A DNA stretch of 59,439 nucleotides, taken from positions 1 to 59,439 of IMG/VR virus record IMGVR_UViG_3300043037_000042; one strand, given 5' to 3'. The notes below the pieces were generated by a model. It did not search any database, had not been told where the DNA came from, and saw nothing but the letters and a program-made list of their open reading frames with translations. Position numbers and translations under genes: made by a program. Positions 1 through 9,533 of this stretch are shown one piece after another (position 1 is the first letter of the stretch; every line of letters starts with the position of its first letter). Source of the DNA: a virus. Its lineage: Duplodnaviria > Caudoviricetes.

Positions 1-718
1 AATTAGTAGAACGGTCCACTCCGTAAAGCGTATTTCCTGCTGTCATTATTAAATCAAGTCCAGATATTTCCTTGCCATAAGCTCCACTTGTAACCAAGAT
101 ATCGCCTTCTGCAACTGAAATTGTAGATGCATAAGTAATAGTTACTGTGTTTGTAACTTTGTTTACGTTAGATATTATCGCTCCATCTGCAAGTTTTGCG
201 TTGCTATCTGTAATATCAAGAATATCTATTCTTTGACCTGGTGCAAGAAATTTTGCATTGTTTACTACAAATGTTTTAGTAGTTGAAGCTGCTGTTTTAA
301 CAGTTGTCAAAGTTCCTGTTCCGTCACCAAACATTTGTCTGTTTAAATTGTCCTTTGAATCTCTCATTTGTTCTTCCATTTCTAACGAAAGAATGTCAAC
401 AAATGCTGCGCCTGTTTTTCCGCTCTTAATTGCTCTATCAGTAAGTCTAATAGTTCCGAAGAAGTTTTTAGGGCTTGCTGATATTTGTTTTCTTCCTGCT
501 GATGAAGCTATTGGTAATGCTCCATCTTCCGCTCTACTTCCTAAACCGCCACTTCTACCAAAAGTAACTAAGAATGTAGAATCTGCGCCAAGTGCTGGGT
601 CTGTGTTTTTCTCCATCAATTTATAAAAGTATGAACTTTCCTCATTGATTTGTGCTACAAACCCCGGTAAATAATCCTTTTGTAGTATTTCGTTTAAGTA
701 TGCTAATGTTGCTCCCAT
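1..718 (-). CDS. Major capsid protein, N-terminal part (runs off the left edge)
   Basis: Not in the ORF track. ATG at 718 with AAGGAGTGAT RBS; open frame MGATLAYLNEILQKDYLPGFVAQINEES...RQMFGDGTG...LYGVDRSTN to the edge; directly downstream of the scaffold gene. Confidence 0.85.
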   Translation of the reverse strand, partial: MGATLAYLNEILQKDYLPGFVAQINEESSYFYKLMEKNTDPALGADSTFLVTFGRSGGLGSRAEDGALPIASSAGRKQISASPKNFFGTIRLTDRAIKSGKTGAAFVDILSLEMEEQMRDSKDNLNRQMFGDGTGTLTTVKTAASTTKTFVVNNAKFLAPGQRIDILDITDSNAKLADGAIISNVNKVTNTVTITYASTISVAEGDILVTSGAYGKEISGLDLIMTAGNTLYGVDRSTN

Positions 719-821
719 AGTGGTATCACTCCTTATAATATAGTTTTTTTGGTTTTGTCCTGTTTATGGTCTATTGACTAAAGACCAATAAAAAAACACC
801 CTTTAGGTGCTTAGTAACTTG

Positions 822-1622
822 TTATTGTTGGAATCTTCTCAATGCCGACATTCTCGCTTCTTTTAAATTCTTTGGCGTTTCTCCGCCACTTGCTGGAATT
901 GAACCGCCTTGTTGATTACCCATAATAGGTGGTATGCCTTTTGATGTTCCATTGTTCAAGCTCGCTTGATACTCTTGAATTATTGCTTCTCTTATTGCTG
1001 GATCACTCATTATTTGTTTTTTATATTCTTCGTTACCCAAAACACCTTGTACAACATTTCCACCATTACCTAGTAAGTTATTTGACATTGCTAGTTTATA
1101 GGCTATTCCTAGTGGGTCACTTGTTTGCATTAAATCTTGATTTTCTTCTAAAACTTGTTTGATTAATGGCATATTCTTTTGTGCTTCTGGATTTTCAGAT
1201 ACAAATTGTCTTATTTTATCTTGCCATGTTAGTTTGTTATTTAATTGCTCGGTTTTTTGTATCATAGGGTCATATTTAGCTTTAAATTCTTCCATAGCTG
1301 ATTGCTTAGCTTGTTCTTGTATTTGCCTTACAAAACCCATAGGGTCATTCTCGAGTTGTTGTCTTATCTGCTCGTTTTGAGCTTCTATTTCTTCCCTAGT
1401 AGGTTGCATTGGCTGACTTAACTTTTGCTCTATAGGCGATAAACGTTGATTTAACGTATCGTTTATTTTGCTTGATATATTTGATACTATATCGTTAATA
1501 TCTAACTGTGGCGTGGCTTGTGTTGCCTGTGGCGTTGGTTCAGTTAGTTGTGGTTCTGTCTTTTGTGGTTCTGCTGGTTCTGCGAAATGTTGCAAGTTTA
1601 ATTTTAAAATTCTGTTACTCAT
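822..1622 (-). CDS. Capsid scaffolding protein
   Basis: Lies between portal and capsid; Q/E-rich and helical; N-terminal KLNLQHFA Prp-cleavage motif typical of Firmicute phage head proteins. Confidence 0.75.
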   Translation of the reverse strand: MSNRILKLNLQHFAEPAEPQKTEPQLTEPTPQATQATPQLDINDIVSNISSKINDTLNQRLSPIEQKLSQPMQPTREEIEAQNEQIRQQLENDPMGFVRQIQEQAKQSAMEEFKAKYDPMIQKTEQLNNKLTWQDKIRQFVSENPEAQKNMPLIKQVLEENQDLMQTSDPLGIAYKLAMSNNLLGNGGNVVQGVLGNEEYKKQIMSDPAIREAIIQEYQASLNNGTSKGIPPIMGNQQGGSIPASGGETPKNLKEARMSALRRFQQ

Positions 1623-3643
1623 TAAATATTACTCCCTTCGTCTATATCAATTTGTTTTCTTTGCCCTTGTTGTGGCTGATTTTGTTGCTCTTGCTGTTGT
1701 ATTGCTTGTCGTTGGATATATTGTATATGTTCGGCTATATGTTTCTTAAATAGCTCCTTGATAGGTTCTTCTAATGTTTCAAACTCTGCTGATAACATAT
1801 ATTCAACATGCGTGTCAACTGCAACTGCATGTAATTCATAGAATTCTACTGGCTGTGGTTGTCCAACTGACATTTTAATGTTTTGTTCATTTGACTTAAT
1901 TTTCTGTAATCTCTTACTATCAAGACTTACATCTGCATCGCCAAATTCAAGTTTTTCTAATATTGCACTATCGTCAATTCTTCCTTGTTCATCTCTGAAT
2001 AACCCTATATTAATCAATTCAATTATCATGTTACGTTTTTGTGTCAATGTTTCTGAAATTCTTGCAAGTCCTTCGATTATAATGTCATCTGCTGTTATAG
2101 TGTTTTTGTCCCAATGTAACAGTTTTACCGCATCACCTTTACCAACTATTCTTAATAGCCTTTGATTGTCTGCAAATTGCTTATAGAGATAAGCTGTTTG
2201 CTTCGCTACACCTAGCATACAATCTTGTACTTGTCTTGCTGTAAGGCTTATTCTTGTTTCATCTTGTTCATTTAAAACAGTTAAGGCCTTTCCGCTTTCT
2301 ATTCCTGTAGGTGCTGAACTATCCCTTGATATTTCAGACACACCACTCATTTTAGTAAAGTTTGCTAAGTCTGCGTTCTCTTGATTAAAAAACTCGTTTG
2401 GCAATGGTGGTGCTTGCATATAAGTAGGAATTTGAGTATTGTCTGATTTGTCATAAATGATAATATCCCCAGGTGCTATTCCTTCTGTTTCTAGGTTATT
2501 ATTCTCTGCTGTCGTTGCATCTACAATAGTCACACCGACTGCTACACTTGCCAAATACTCTGTCATTCTATTTTTAATGGCATTGTATCTACGTTGTACG
2601 GGTATTAAACTATCTATAATAGATTTTCCCCAGAAATAACCAGGTCTTATTATTGACCTCTGAATTTTAAACGGCAACTCTCTGTTGTTGTAATCTGAAT
2701 TGATATATGGTAATTCACCTTCATATAAAAGTTTATTATGATTATCGCAACAAATTAAAAACCTACCATCTGGATATGCTTTGGTAGGAATTTCGTAAAA
2801 TTCATATAGCATTATTACATCATCTTTTTTCTTTGTGTCACTTCCTTTTAGCTGATTATTTAAGTTCTGTATAACATGCAATCCACTTGCAAATACATTT
2901 AACCTTTCACCCGGTAAATCAACTCCAAAGTTATCATATATATAGTCAATATCTACCGCCCTTGCATGTATTATTGACTTGCAATATTCAACATCTGAAT
3001 TGTATGAACTATCGGGGAATATCTCAAAAGGAGAACAGACAACATTTTCAACATTACCCTCTCGAATATATGAGCCATCTTCTGCTAGTCCTAATTTCTT
3101 ACCTTTGTTAGTGTTCCAAATGTTTTTCCAAACTGCTGTTCCTGTAGCCTCCATCCATGCGTTAGCGTTAGTCTGTGCCTTGTTTAATTCATTGTCATTA
3201 CTCCATTTTTGCAATATCATAGTAGTTATATGGGCGTTGTTAATATCATCTGAATCATTGCTTGCTGGTCTAGCTTTAAATATCTGATTAAGCCTTGATA
3301 GTTTCGCAAGTCTAGTTGTCCATATAGGCAATATATGATTATATGCTTCACGCTCCTGTGCTTTTAACATCTTAGGATATTCAACCAAGTCATTAGTTAT
3401 GTTTGAAATATATTGATATTGTTCGCCTTCTATAAACGCCATGTTAAGCTGCCATTTAAGTTCAAAGTACAATCGTTCAATTCTTCTTCGTTCATACTCT
3501 TGTTTAATGTAGGCGATTTTTTCTTGGTCTGTCGTTAAAGTTCGCTTGTATCTTCTTTTTTCTTTTTCGTCATAGTGTTTGTACGTCAATCCTTGTGCAA
3601 ACTGCATAGGAGTGCTTATTTTTCCGTAAATATCGCTATACAA
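1622..3643 (-). CDS. Portal protein (podovirus/P22-like size)
   Basis: 673 aa upstream of scaffold/capsid; SPFEIFPD, YFWGKSIIDSLIPVQRRYN and SGKAL segments typical of this portal class; Q-rich tail. Confidence 0.8.
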   Translation of the reverse strand: MYSDIYGKISTPMQFAQGLTYKHYDEKEKRRYKRTLTTDQEKIAYIKQEYERRRIERLYFELKWQLNMAFIEGEQYQYISNITNDLVEYPKMLKAQEREAYNHILPIWTTRLAKLSRLNQIFKARPASNDSDDINNAHITTMILQKWSNDNELNKAQTNANAWMEATGTAVWKNIWNTNKGKKLGLAEDGSYIREGNVENVVCSPFEIFPDSSYNSDVEYCKSIIHARAVDIDYIYDNFGVDLPGERLNVFASGLHVIQNLNNQLKGSDTKKKDDVIMLYEFYEIPTKAYPDGRFLICCDNHNKLLYEGELPYINSDYNNRELPFKIQRSIIRPGYFWGKSIIDSLIPVQRRYNAIKNRMTEYLASVAVGVTIVDATTAENNNLETEGIAPGDIIIYDKSDNTQIPTYMQAPPLPNEFFNQENADLANFTKMSGVSEISRDSSAPTGIESGKALTVLNEQDETRISLTARQVQDCMLGVAKQTAYLYKQFADNQRLLRIVGKGDAVKLLHWDKNTITADDIIIEGLARISETLTQKRNMIIELINIGLFRDEQGRIDDSAILEKLEFGDADVSLDSKRLQKIKSNEQNIKMSVGQPQPVEFYELHAVAVDTHVEYMLSAEFETLEEPIKELFKKHIAEHIQYIQRQAIQQQEQQNQPQQGQRKQIDIDEGSNI

Positions 3644-3684
3644 TTATGTCTCACCGCCTTTCTATGTAAAATAAAAAGAACACT

Positions 3685-3927
3685 CTAGTTGAGTATTCCG
3701 TTGTATCTATCGTCACCTAATATTTCACCATCTGTTAATGTTTGTTTCTTTGTTTCCTTCTTGCTAACTTGTATATATTCTTGTGTATTTTTAGCCATTA
3801 ATCTGTTTAACAAGTCTTTTCGTTCTTCTGCAAACTGTTTATCTTTTTTTGATAACATTGCCACTAAGCTAATAACCGTTATTACATAGATACAAAGCAT
3901 TGCTATAATTATATATATTTGTTCCAT
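3685..3927 (-). CDS. Small membrane protein
   Basis: N-terminal hydrophobic helix; GAGGTG RBS. Confidence 0.6.
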   Translation of the reverse strand: MEQIYIIIAMLCIYVITVISLVAMLSKKDKQFAEERKDLLNRLMAKNTQEYIQVSKKETKKQTLTDGEILGDDRYNGILN

Positions 3928-3992
3928 TATTTCACCTCGATTTAATTTAAATATGATTGTGTTTTGTAATCAATCTAATAAATGCTACTTTC

Positions 3993-4862
3993 TTATAATA
4001 CTTTATTAAATATATTATCAACGTCTTGTTTAACGCGTTTCATTGATGTTTGGGCGTAAATTTGAGTTGTTCCAATATTTTCGTGTCCAAGAACTTTTTG
4101 AATTTCATCAAGAGGAACAGAATTTTCAAGAAGCAACATAGCTACACCGTGTCTTAATAAATGGACATGTATATTTTTACTTATCCCTGCTCTTATCGAT
4201 GCTATCTTTACAAATCTTTGTATTGCACCAACCGACCATCTATTGTGTTCTCTTGAAATAAACAAAGCTTCTAAATCATCAGTTCTATTATCTAAATATT
4301 GAAGTATATATTTTTTAGCTTCTTCCGAAAACATACATGGTCTGCCTTTATCCCCTTTACCTATAACAGAAAACTCTCTATCGCTGAAATTCAAATCATT
4401 TCTATTTAATTTGTGAACTTCGCTTACTCTTAAACCAGAAGAAAATAATAAACTAAATAAAGCGAGTCCACGATAATTTTCAATGGACTCAAGATAGTTG
4501 ATTATTTGTTTATATTCTTCTAAAGTTACATGACCTCTTAACTTTCTTCTAACTTTAACCTTTTCGACTTTTGCAAGTGGATTTTTCATATCTAAATATT
4601 CTTTATCTATCATAAACCTAAAGAACGTATTTAAAGTATTATATTTTCTTGACAAAGCTTCATCGCCATTGTGTCTTTCTTCTGTACAATATTGAAAAAA
4701 TCCATCTAAATCAATGTGTGTCAATTTTTCTAATGGTTTATCATTGATGTATTCAAGGAAAACTCCTAAATCCCAACCAAAAGCCTGTCTAGTTCTTTCT
4801 GTTGTTTTGTTACTTCGTAATGATAAATATCTTTTAACTAATTGTTCGTTGCATCTATTCAA
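3993..4862 (-). CDS. Tyrosine recombinase, XerD-like
   Basis: SSGLRVSE (R), GKGDK (K), HLLRH, LGH, TTQIY (Y): full catalytic set; 289 aa with no arm-binding domain. Confidence 0.93.
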   Translation of the reverse strand: MNRCNEQLVKRYLSLRSNKTTERTRQAFGWDLGVFLEYINDKPLEKLTHIDLDGFFQYCTEERHNGDEALSRKYNTLNTFFRFMIDKEYLDMKNPLAKVEKVKVRRKLRGHVTLEEYKQIINYLESIENYRGLALFSLLFSSGLRVSEVHKLNRNDLNFSDREFSVIGKGDKGRPCMFSEEAKKYILQYLDNRTDDLEALFISREHNRWSVGAIQRFVKIASIRAGISKNIHVHLLRHGVAMLLLENSVPLDEIQKVLGHENIGTTQIYAQTSMKRVKQDVDNIFNKVL

Positions 4863-4889
4863 TTACATCACTTCTTTTTTATTTTAATT

Positions 4890-4917
4890 CAAAAGGGATA
4901 TTAATTTATCCCTTTTG
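4890..4917. terminator. Intrinsic terminator-like hairpin
   Basis: CAAAAGGGATA-ttaatt-TATCCCTTTTG perfect inverted repeat between the fibre chaperones and the recombinase. Confidence 0.6.
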
Positions 4918-5079
4918 TTACTCTGGTTGACTTGCTAATAATGCTGTCAATTCTTGATATTCTTCTGTAGTCAATCTTCCACCTGCAAAGAACACGTCTA
5001 ACATTTGTTGCATAACTTCTTTACTTTCGTATTGTTTCTTTTCAATTTTAGATTTACACAAAGTATAAACAAATACCAT
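4918..5079 (-). CDS. XkdX-like small tail-fibre-associated protein (53 aa)
   Basis: Not in the track. MVFVYTLCKSKIEKKQYESKEVMQQMLDVFFAGGRLTTEEYQELTALLASQPE; GAGGTGAT RBS; LTxEEYxEL motif. Confidence 0.7.
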   Translation of the reverse strand: MVFVYTLCKSKIEKKQYESKEVMQQMLDVFFAGGRLTTEEYQELTALLASQPE

Positions 5080-5097
5080 CACTTTATCACCTCTTTT

Positions 5098-5301
5098 CTA
5101 TAATAATCCTAATTCAATCATAACCAATCTATAATCAACATCTAGTACATAGTCACGCATCATCTCAATTTCTGTGGGTTGTGGTATGGGTATAGGTTCT
5201 GGTTCGGGTTCTTTTAACAGTTCTGCAAAATGATTATATTCTTCTTGTGTTATATCTCCATTTTGTAATCTATTTTGTAAAGCTTTAAGATATGGATTCA
5301 T
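5098..5301 (-). CDS. Tail-fibre chaperone-like small protein (XkdW-like)
   Basis: PQPTEIEMMRDYVLDVDYRL C-terminus; lies between fibre and XkdX-like gene. Confidence 0.55.
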   Translation of the reverse strand: MNPYLKALQNRLQNGDITQEEYNHFAELLKEPEPEPIPIPQPTEIEMMRDYVLDVDYRLVMIELGLL

Positions 5302-5302
5302 G

Positions 5303-7603
5303 CTACACCTCCACTAAAGTGTCTGTTAACACTTCATTTGCAACAGTTTGTACATTTTTGTAATATTTGCCCGTTACACTATCTTTTAGCACATATCTAC
5401 TATCATAAAATTCTGCCGTCATTTCACCCTCTGTTGATTCCTTGTCAAAGAAATACGTTACAAACACTAAATCATCTGCTGTTAAACTAGGATGCGTAAA
5501 ACTTAATTTATCTGATGCAACAACTGCTAGGCTTACATCTAACTCAGTTTCAACTCCTGTTGTAAAATCAATCTTGCTAATCTTTTCTAACTCTGCAATC
5601 GGTAAATCTTGTTGCAATATACTAAACTTGTCCGTATAAATACCTGCATCTGCTGTGGCTTTTTCAACCCACATTGAGCCAGATGGATAAGACATCACTG
5701 TTCCACTTGTTTCTATAGGCGTTATAATTGGCGTTGCTAACTGATAAGTTAGCGTTATTGGGTATAAATTTAGATATTCTTTGAATCCTTCTAAAGTTGC
5801 ACCACTAGTCATTACATCTAATTTTGATTTAGCAATAGTCAACATTAATCTCCCTGAAATAAAAGAAAATTGACTTGATTTTGATAATGTTAAAGATTTT
5901 GTATAATTACCATCACTACTTAATGCGGTTGCTTCAAAATTTTCTCCAATTTTTCTACTCGTTGCCCAACCGTCAATTCTCGCATAGCAAAAAGTATTAT
6001 CTGTATATATTCCAAAATCAGTCCAATTATCTATACCATTAACTGTTTCGTTATTACTAACCCTTTTAACGTGCTCATATTCCTCTGTACTTTGATTAAA
6101 CCTAACTTCATCTTTAGCTGTACCCACGCTTTTTGACTCAACTATATTTCCGTTGCTGTCTTTAGCACTATAATATAGTTCGCTGTGTTGGTGTGGGGTG
6201 TAGGCTGTCGCAACTGTGCCATATTCTAATTGAGGTTTTATATTTTCAAAATTTTGGACTGTAATTGAGGAGTCATCAATTTTTCTAATAATTGCTTTGT
6301 AATATGTTGCATCATAAGGGACTGTAGTATTTATTGGGCTTCCTGTTACTGCTGATATAAAGTTTTTGGCATTGTCATAATAAAAAATTGCTCGTACATC
6401 AAAACCGTTTTGACAACTAGGTACTACAACCGAATTTCTTTTGATTTTATAAAAATTTCTCATTCTCAATCGGTTTGTTGCAGTCTGCAAAATGCCATCC
6501 AAAGGATTTATAGTTCCTATTTCCCATTCACTTATATTAGTTGGCAATAAATTTACATTAACACCTTTTAACCTACCAGCACTAATTGTAGATTTAGCTG
6601 TACCGCCACTTATATAAGGATATTTCTGTGCTAATTGGTCTGCTGTTAGAGTGTTGAAGTCGGTTTCTATTTGTGAGCCTGTTGGGAGTTCAAAAATTCT
6701 TATGTCTTTAAGTTTAATTTTAAGCCCTAAATCACCATAAGCATTTTGTAAAATTTTCAATTGATTAGTCGTAATATTACTTTGAGTTGTAAAAATAAGT
6801 TTTATATTACCTATTATACCTGCGCCTACAAGTGTAATATAGTTACCTGTATATTCATTGCTAAGTTCAAGACGTTTAGTACTCAATGTGTTAGATGCTA
6901 CATTTAATAACAAACCGTATTTTTGACTATTTTTTACGCCTGTGCTTAATATCGCTGTTGCCGAGGGAGAAACATCACTAAATGTAAATTCTAATCCTGT
7001 ACTATCACCGACTACTTTCCCAACTGTTTTTGTCCACTCTTCCCAAGTATCTCTGTTGTAATTCAATTCATTTTTTAAAGTCCTGCCTTTCACACTACAA
7101 CTAACTTGCCCGTTAGCTGTGTTCTTTGGAAAGCTTACATTTCCATAACCTGTTACAGATTGCTTAGCTTCTTGGTTTATATTTACAGTTGCAAGGGTTT
7201 GTTGGTAGTCTTTTAGGTCTTTTTCAACGGTGGATATTTTTAGATTTGTTGTTTGTTGTTGTGTCGCTATATCTGCCATGTCCGACCCTACTTCTTGTAA
7301 TGCTCCCTCTGTATTATTGCTTGCATAATAATTCCCAGCATCGTTTATAAGCTGTGTGTCTGCTTGTACTTGTTCAATTAATACTGCTGATACATCTTCC
7401 CATGTTTCGCTTAAATACTGCTGATAGCCTGTACCAACTTTAATAAATAACCCTTCTGTTAATTCAGTGGGATTAGTCACAAAATATGCATCTCGAGCTG
7501 TAGCATCTGCAAATTGATGTGTTGTTGTGATAGATGTTTTACTTGCTAAATCTCTTATCGCTATTCGATTACTTCTTGATATGTGTTCATTTATTGGTCC
7601 CAT
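5303..7603 (-). CDS. Tail fibre / receptor-binding-like virion protein
   Basis: Likely start MGPINEH at 7603 (AGGAGG RBS); EGALQEV..ADIAT junction, carbohydrate-binding-like segments (PQLEYGTVATAYTP, LTYQLATP); followed by XkdW/X-like genes. Confidence 0.7.
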   Translation of the reverse strand: MGPINEHISRSNRIAIRDLASKTSITTTHQFADATARDAYFVTNPTELTEGLFIKVGTGYQQYLSETWEDVSAVLIEQVQADTQLINDAGNYYASNNTEGALQEVGSDMADIATQQQTTNLKISTVEKDLKDYQQTLATVNINQEAKQSVTGYGNVSFPKNTANGQVSCSVKGRTLKNELNYNRDTWEEWTKTVGKVVGDSTGLEFTFSDVSPSATAILSTGVKNSQKYGLLLNVASNTLSTKRLELSNEYTGNYITLVGAGIIGNIKLIFTTQSNITTNQLKILQNAYGDLGLKIKLKDIRIFELPTGSQIETDFNTLTADQLAQKYPYISGGTAKSTISAGRLKGVNVNLLPTNISEWEIGTINPLDGILQTATNRLRMRNFYKIKRNSVVVPSCQNGFDVRAIFYYDNAKNFISAVTGSPINTTVPYDATYYKAIIRKIDDSSITVQNFENIKPQLEYGTVATAYTPHQHSELYYSAKDSNGNIVESKSVGTAKDEVRFNQSTEEYEHVKRVSNNETVNGIDNWTDFGIYTDNTFCYARIDGWATSRKIGENFEATALSSDGNYTKSLTLSKSSQFSFISGRLMLTIAKSKLDVMTSGATLEGFKEYLNLYPITLTYQLATPIITPIETSGTVMSYPSGSMWVEKATADAGIYTDKFSILQQDLPIAELEKISKIDFTTGVETELDVSLAVVASDKLSFTHPSLTADDLVFVTYFFDKESTEGEMTAEFYDSRYVLKDSVTGKYYKNVQTVANEVLTDTLVEV

Positions 7604-7620
7604 GTTTCGCCTCCTGTGAA

Positions 7621-7794
7621 TTATAAGGCGTTCCAATGAGTACCGTCAAACACCTTATATCCTGTTATTTTATGAGTTTCTTCGTCTATAATTTCCATAT
7701 CACTACCATTAGGACAATCCGTTGGATAATCTTCTTCTAATTCAGTAGAACCAAATTGATAGTGCTTTACCTTATCTCTTATTTCCTTTCCCAT
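7621..7794 (-). CDS. Hypothetical protein (57 aa)
   Basis: Not in the track. AGGAGG RBS; MGKEIRDKVKHYQFGSTELEEDYPTDCPNGSDMEIIDEETHKITGYKVFDGTHWNAL. Confidence 0.65.
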   Translation of the reverse strand: MGKEIRDKVKHYQFGSTELEEDYPTDCPNGSDMEIIDEETHKITGYKVFDGTHWNAL

Positions 7795-7808
7795 TTAAAT
7801 ACCTCCTA

Positions 7809-8054
7809 TTATGGTGCTACAATAGTTATAGTGTCGTATTCGTATTCATCGCTAGCATTTTTGATACATATATACGGTACGTCTGCAACTCCTGTTCCAC
7901 CTAACAATACTTTAATTTTTCCTCTATGTGCTTCAACTGCTGTCGGTAATTCCGTTACATTTTCTATTTCTTCCGCTAATAAAATTTCGCCTTCTAATTC
8001 TTCTTTTGTATCTGCTATTCTTGCATTTGTTGATTTTACTTTGTATTTAGACAT
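7809..8054 (-). CDS. Hypothetical protein
   Basis: AAGGAG RBS; co-oriented in the late operon. Confidence 0.6.
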   Translation of the reverse strand: MSKYKVKSTNARIADTKEELEGEILLAEEIENVTELPTAVEAHRGKIKVLLGGTGVADVPYICIKNASDEYEYDTITIVAP

Positions 8055-8067
8055 GGCATTTCTCCTT

Positions 8068-8364
8068 TTATAATTTATTTTTTATTCCTTTGTTCACATT
8101 TACATATAATGTTTTGCTTTTGTTCTGTTTTGCTAATACATTATCTTTGTAGGATTCATCTAAACTAATTCTTAACACCGCATCTTGCAAGTACTTGCTT
8201 TTAGGTACTATTTTTTTATTCATTAGCTTAATCATCAAATAACAAGTTTTTAATTGCTTGAAATGTCCATGATTTCCATACTCGCCATTTAGGTTTATCA
8301 ATACATAATTTCTATTGTTATGGATAATTTTGTACTCATTATCGCTATAACAAACCTTGTCCAT
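8068..8364 (-). CDS. Hypothetical protein
   Basis: GGAG RBS; operon context. Confidence 0.55.
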   Translation of the reverse strand: MDKVCYSDNEYKIIHNNRNYVLINLNGEYGNHGHFKQLKTCYLMIKLMNKKIVPKSKYLQDAVLRISLDESYKDNVLAKQNKSKTLYVNVNKGIKNKL

Positions 8365-8484
8365 AAAATCAACTCCGATATGATTTATCTTCTTATCTTA
8401 CTGCATTTAGTACATTTCCCATGTATGTAATGATGATTACATAATCCTTTACAGAAAAATCTAAACAATCTACTTCTCATAAAA

Positions 8485-8751
8485 TCAATCCTCCACTAAC
8501 GCCAAAATATCATCAAAATCAATTATCAAATAATCTTCACCATCTTGTTTTAGCGTACTTCCTGCATACTTTGAATAAATAACCTTTTGACCGACTTTTA
8601 ATTCATTTGCATTGTCTGATACTGCAATTACCTCTCCTATATCATTTCTTTCTCTGTCTTCAGAGTTTGAAACTAATATAATTCCGCTTTTGTTTTTTAC
8701 TTCTTCTGATATTTTTTTGATGATTATGTTGTTTCCTAACGGTTTAAACAT
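8485..8751 (-). CDS. groES: Co-chaperonin GroES (Cpn10)
   Basis: KPLGNNIII, mobile loop KSGIILV, GEVIAV, LKVGQKVIYSKYAG, DYLII..DDILALVE. Confidence 0.93.
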   Translation of the reverse strand: MFKPLGNNIIIKKISEEVKNKSGIILVSNSEDRERNDIGEVIAVSDNANELKVGQKVIYSKYAGSTLKQDGEDYLIIDFDDILALVED

Positions 8752-9067
8752 TTGATTCCTCCCTGTTTATAAATATTTCTTGATTGTCTCTAATTATTTG
8801 ATGAAGTCCTCTCGCCAATTCTTCAACAATCAATTCTTCATCTTCAATTTCTAGGTTTCTATTTCTAATTATTCCGTGAAACATTTCATGTAAAAATGAT
8901 AATTCTTTGTGCTGTTTATCACCTAATTTATTATTAATTTCTATTAAATGATTATCATAGTTAATTCTTGCATAAACTTCTTTGCAGTTAGCAACTAAAT
9001 CCTTATCAGTAAAATCTACTTTATAATCACAGCTTCCAATCCTAATTGATTCTGGTATATTCACCAT
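8744..9067 (-). CDS. Small HEXXH zinc-metallopeptidase-like protein
   Basis: FLHEMFHGII followed by EELIVEELA. Confidence 0.6.
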   Translation of the reverse strand: MVNIPESIRIGSCDYKVDFTDKDLVANCKEVYARINYDNHLIEINNKLGDKQHKELSFLHEMFHGIIRNRNLEIEDEELIVEELARGLHQIIRDNQEIFINREESNV

Positions 9068-9489
9068 TAATCACCTTCTTTGACTAAAACTTCTGGGAAT
9101 ATCAATTCCATATACCCCTTAGTATTTAATTCATCAACATCTTTCGGTAATTCAATTCCATTTTCTTCACAGAATGATTTTAATTTTGCTTTGTTTGTCA
9201 TTCCTCCGCTACTGTATAGCATTTCTAGGTACTTTGATGTGAGTTCTTGATTAATTGCTTTATCATCTGCATTACTTTCGTTTAAAGTAGGTTTTAATGG
9301 CTCTGAATTGATATTGTATATTTCTAATAACTTATTGTACACCAACTCTAAATGTTCATCGCATATGTAATAATTTCTTGGGTCTTGTGGTTTTTCTTTA
9401 TCTCCTATGTAATGTGTCGCTATGCCCTTGCAAGTGTAATGTGCATCGCATTTCTTCCTGTTTTTTACTTTCCATACTCCTAGTTCCAT
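9067..9489 (-). CDS. Hypothetical protein with CxxH-like residues
   Basis: GAGGT RBS; C/H clusters at the N-terminus. Confidence 0.55.
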   Translation of the reverse strand: MELGVWKVKNRKKCDAHYTCKGIATHYIGDKEKPQDPRNYYICDEHLELVYNKLLEIYNINSEPLKPTLNESNADDKAINQELTSKYLEMLYSSGGMTNKAKLKSFCEENGIELPKDVDELNTKGYMELIFPEVLVKEGD

Positions 9490-9533
9490 TTCTATACCTC
9501 TCTTTTATTTTTTGTATTAAAAAAACGCTGAAA

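Noticed and set aside
258-3889. Plus-strand ORFs in the track opposite capsid/scaffold/portal (and similar ones genome-wide)
   Set aside because: Antisense shadows of well-supported minus-strand genes; no RBS or motifs.
5303-7603. DGR target or classical shufflon in the fibre
   Set aside because: No reverse transcriptase, template repeat or inverted alternative cassettes seen.
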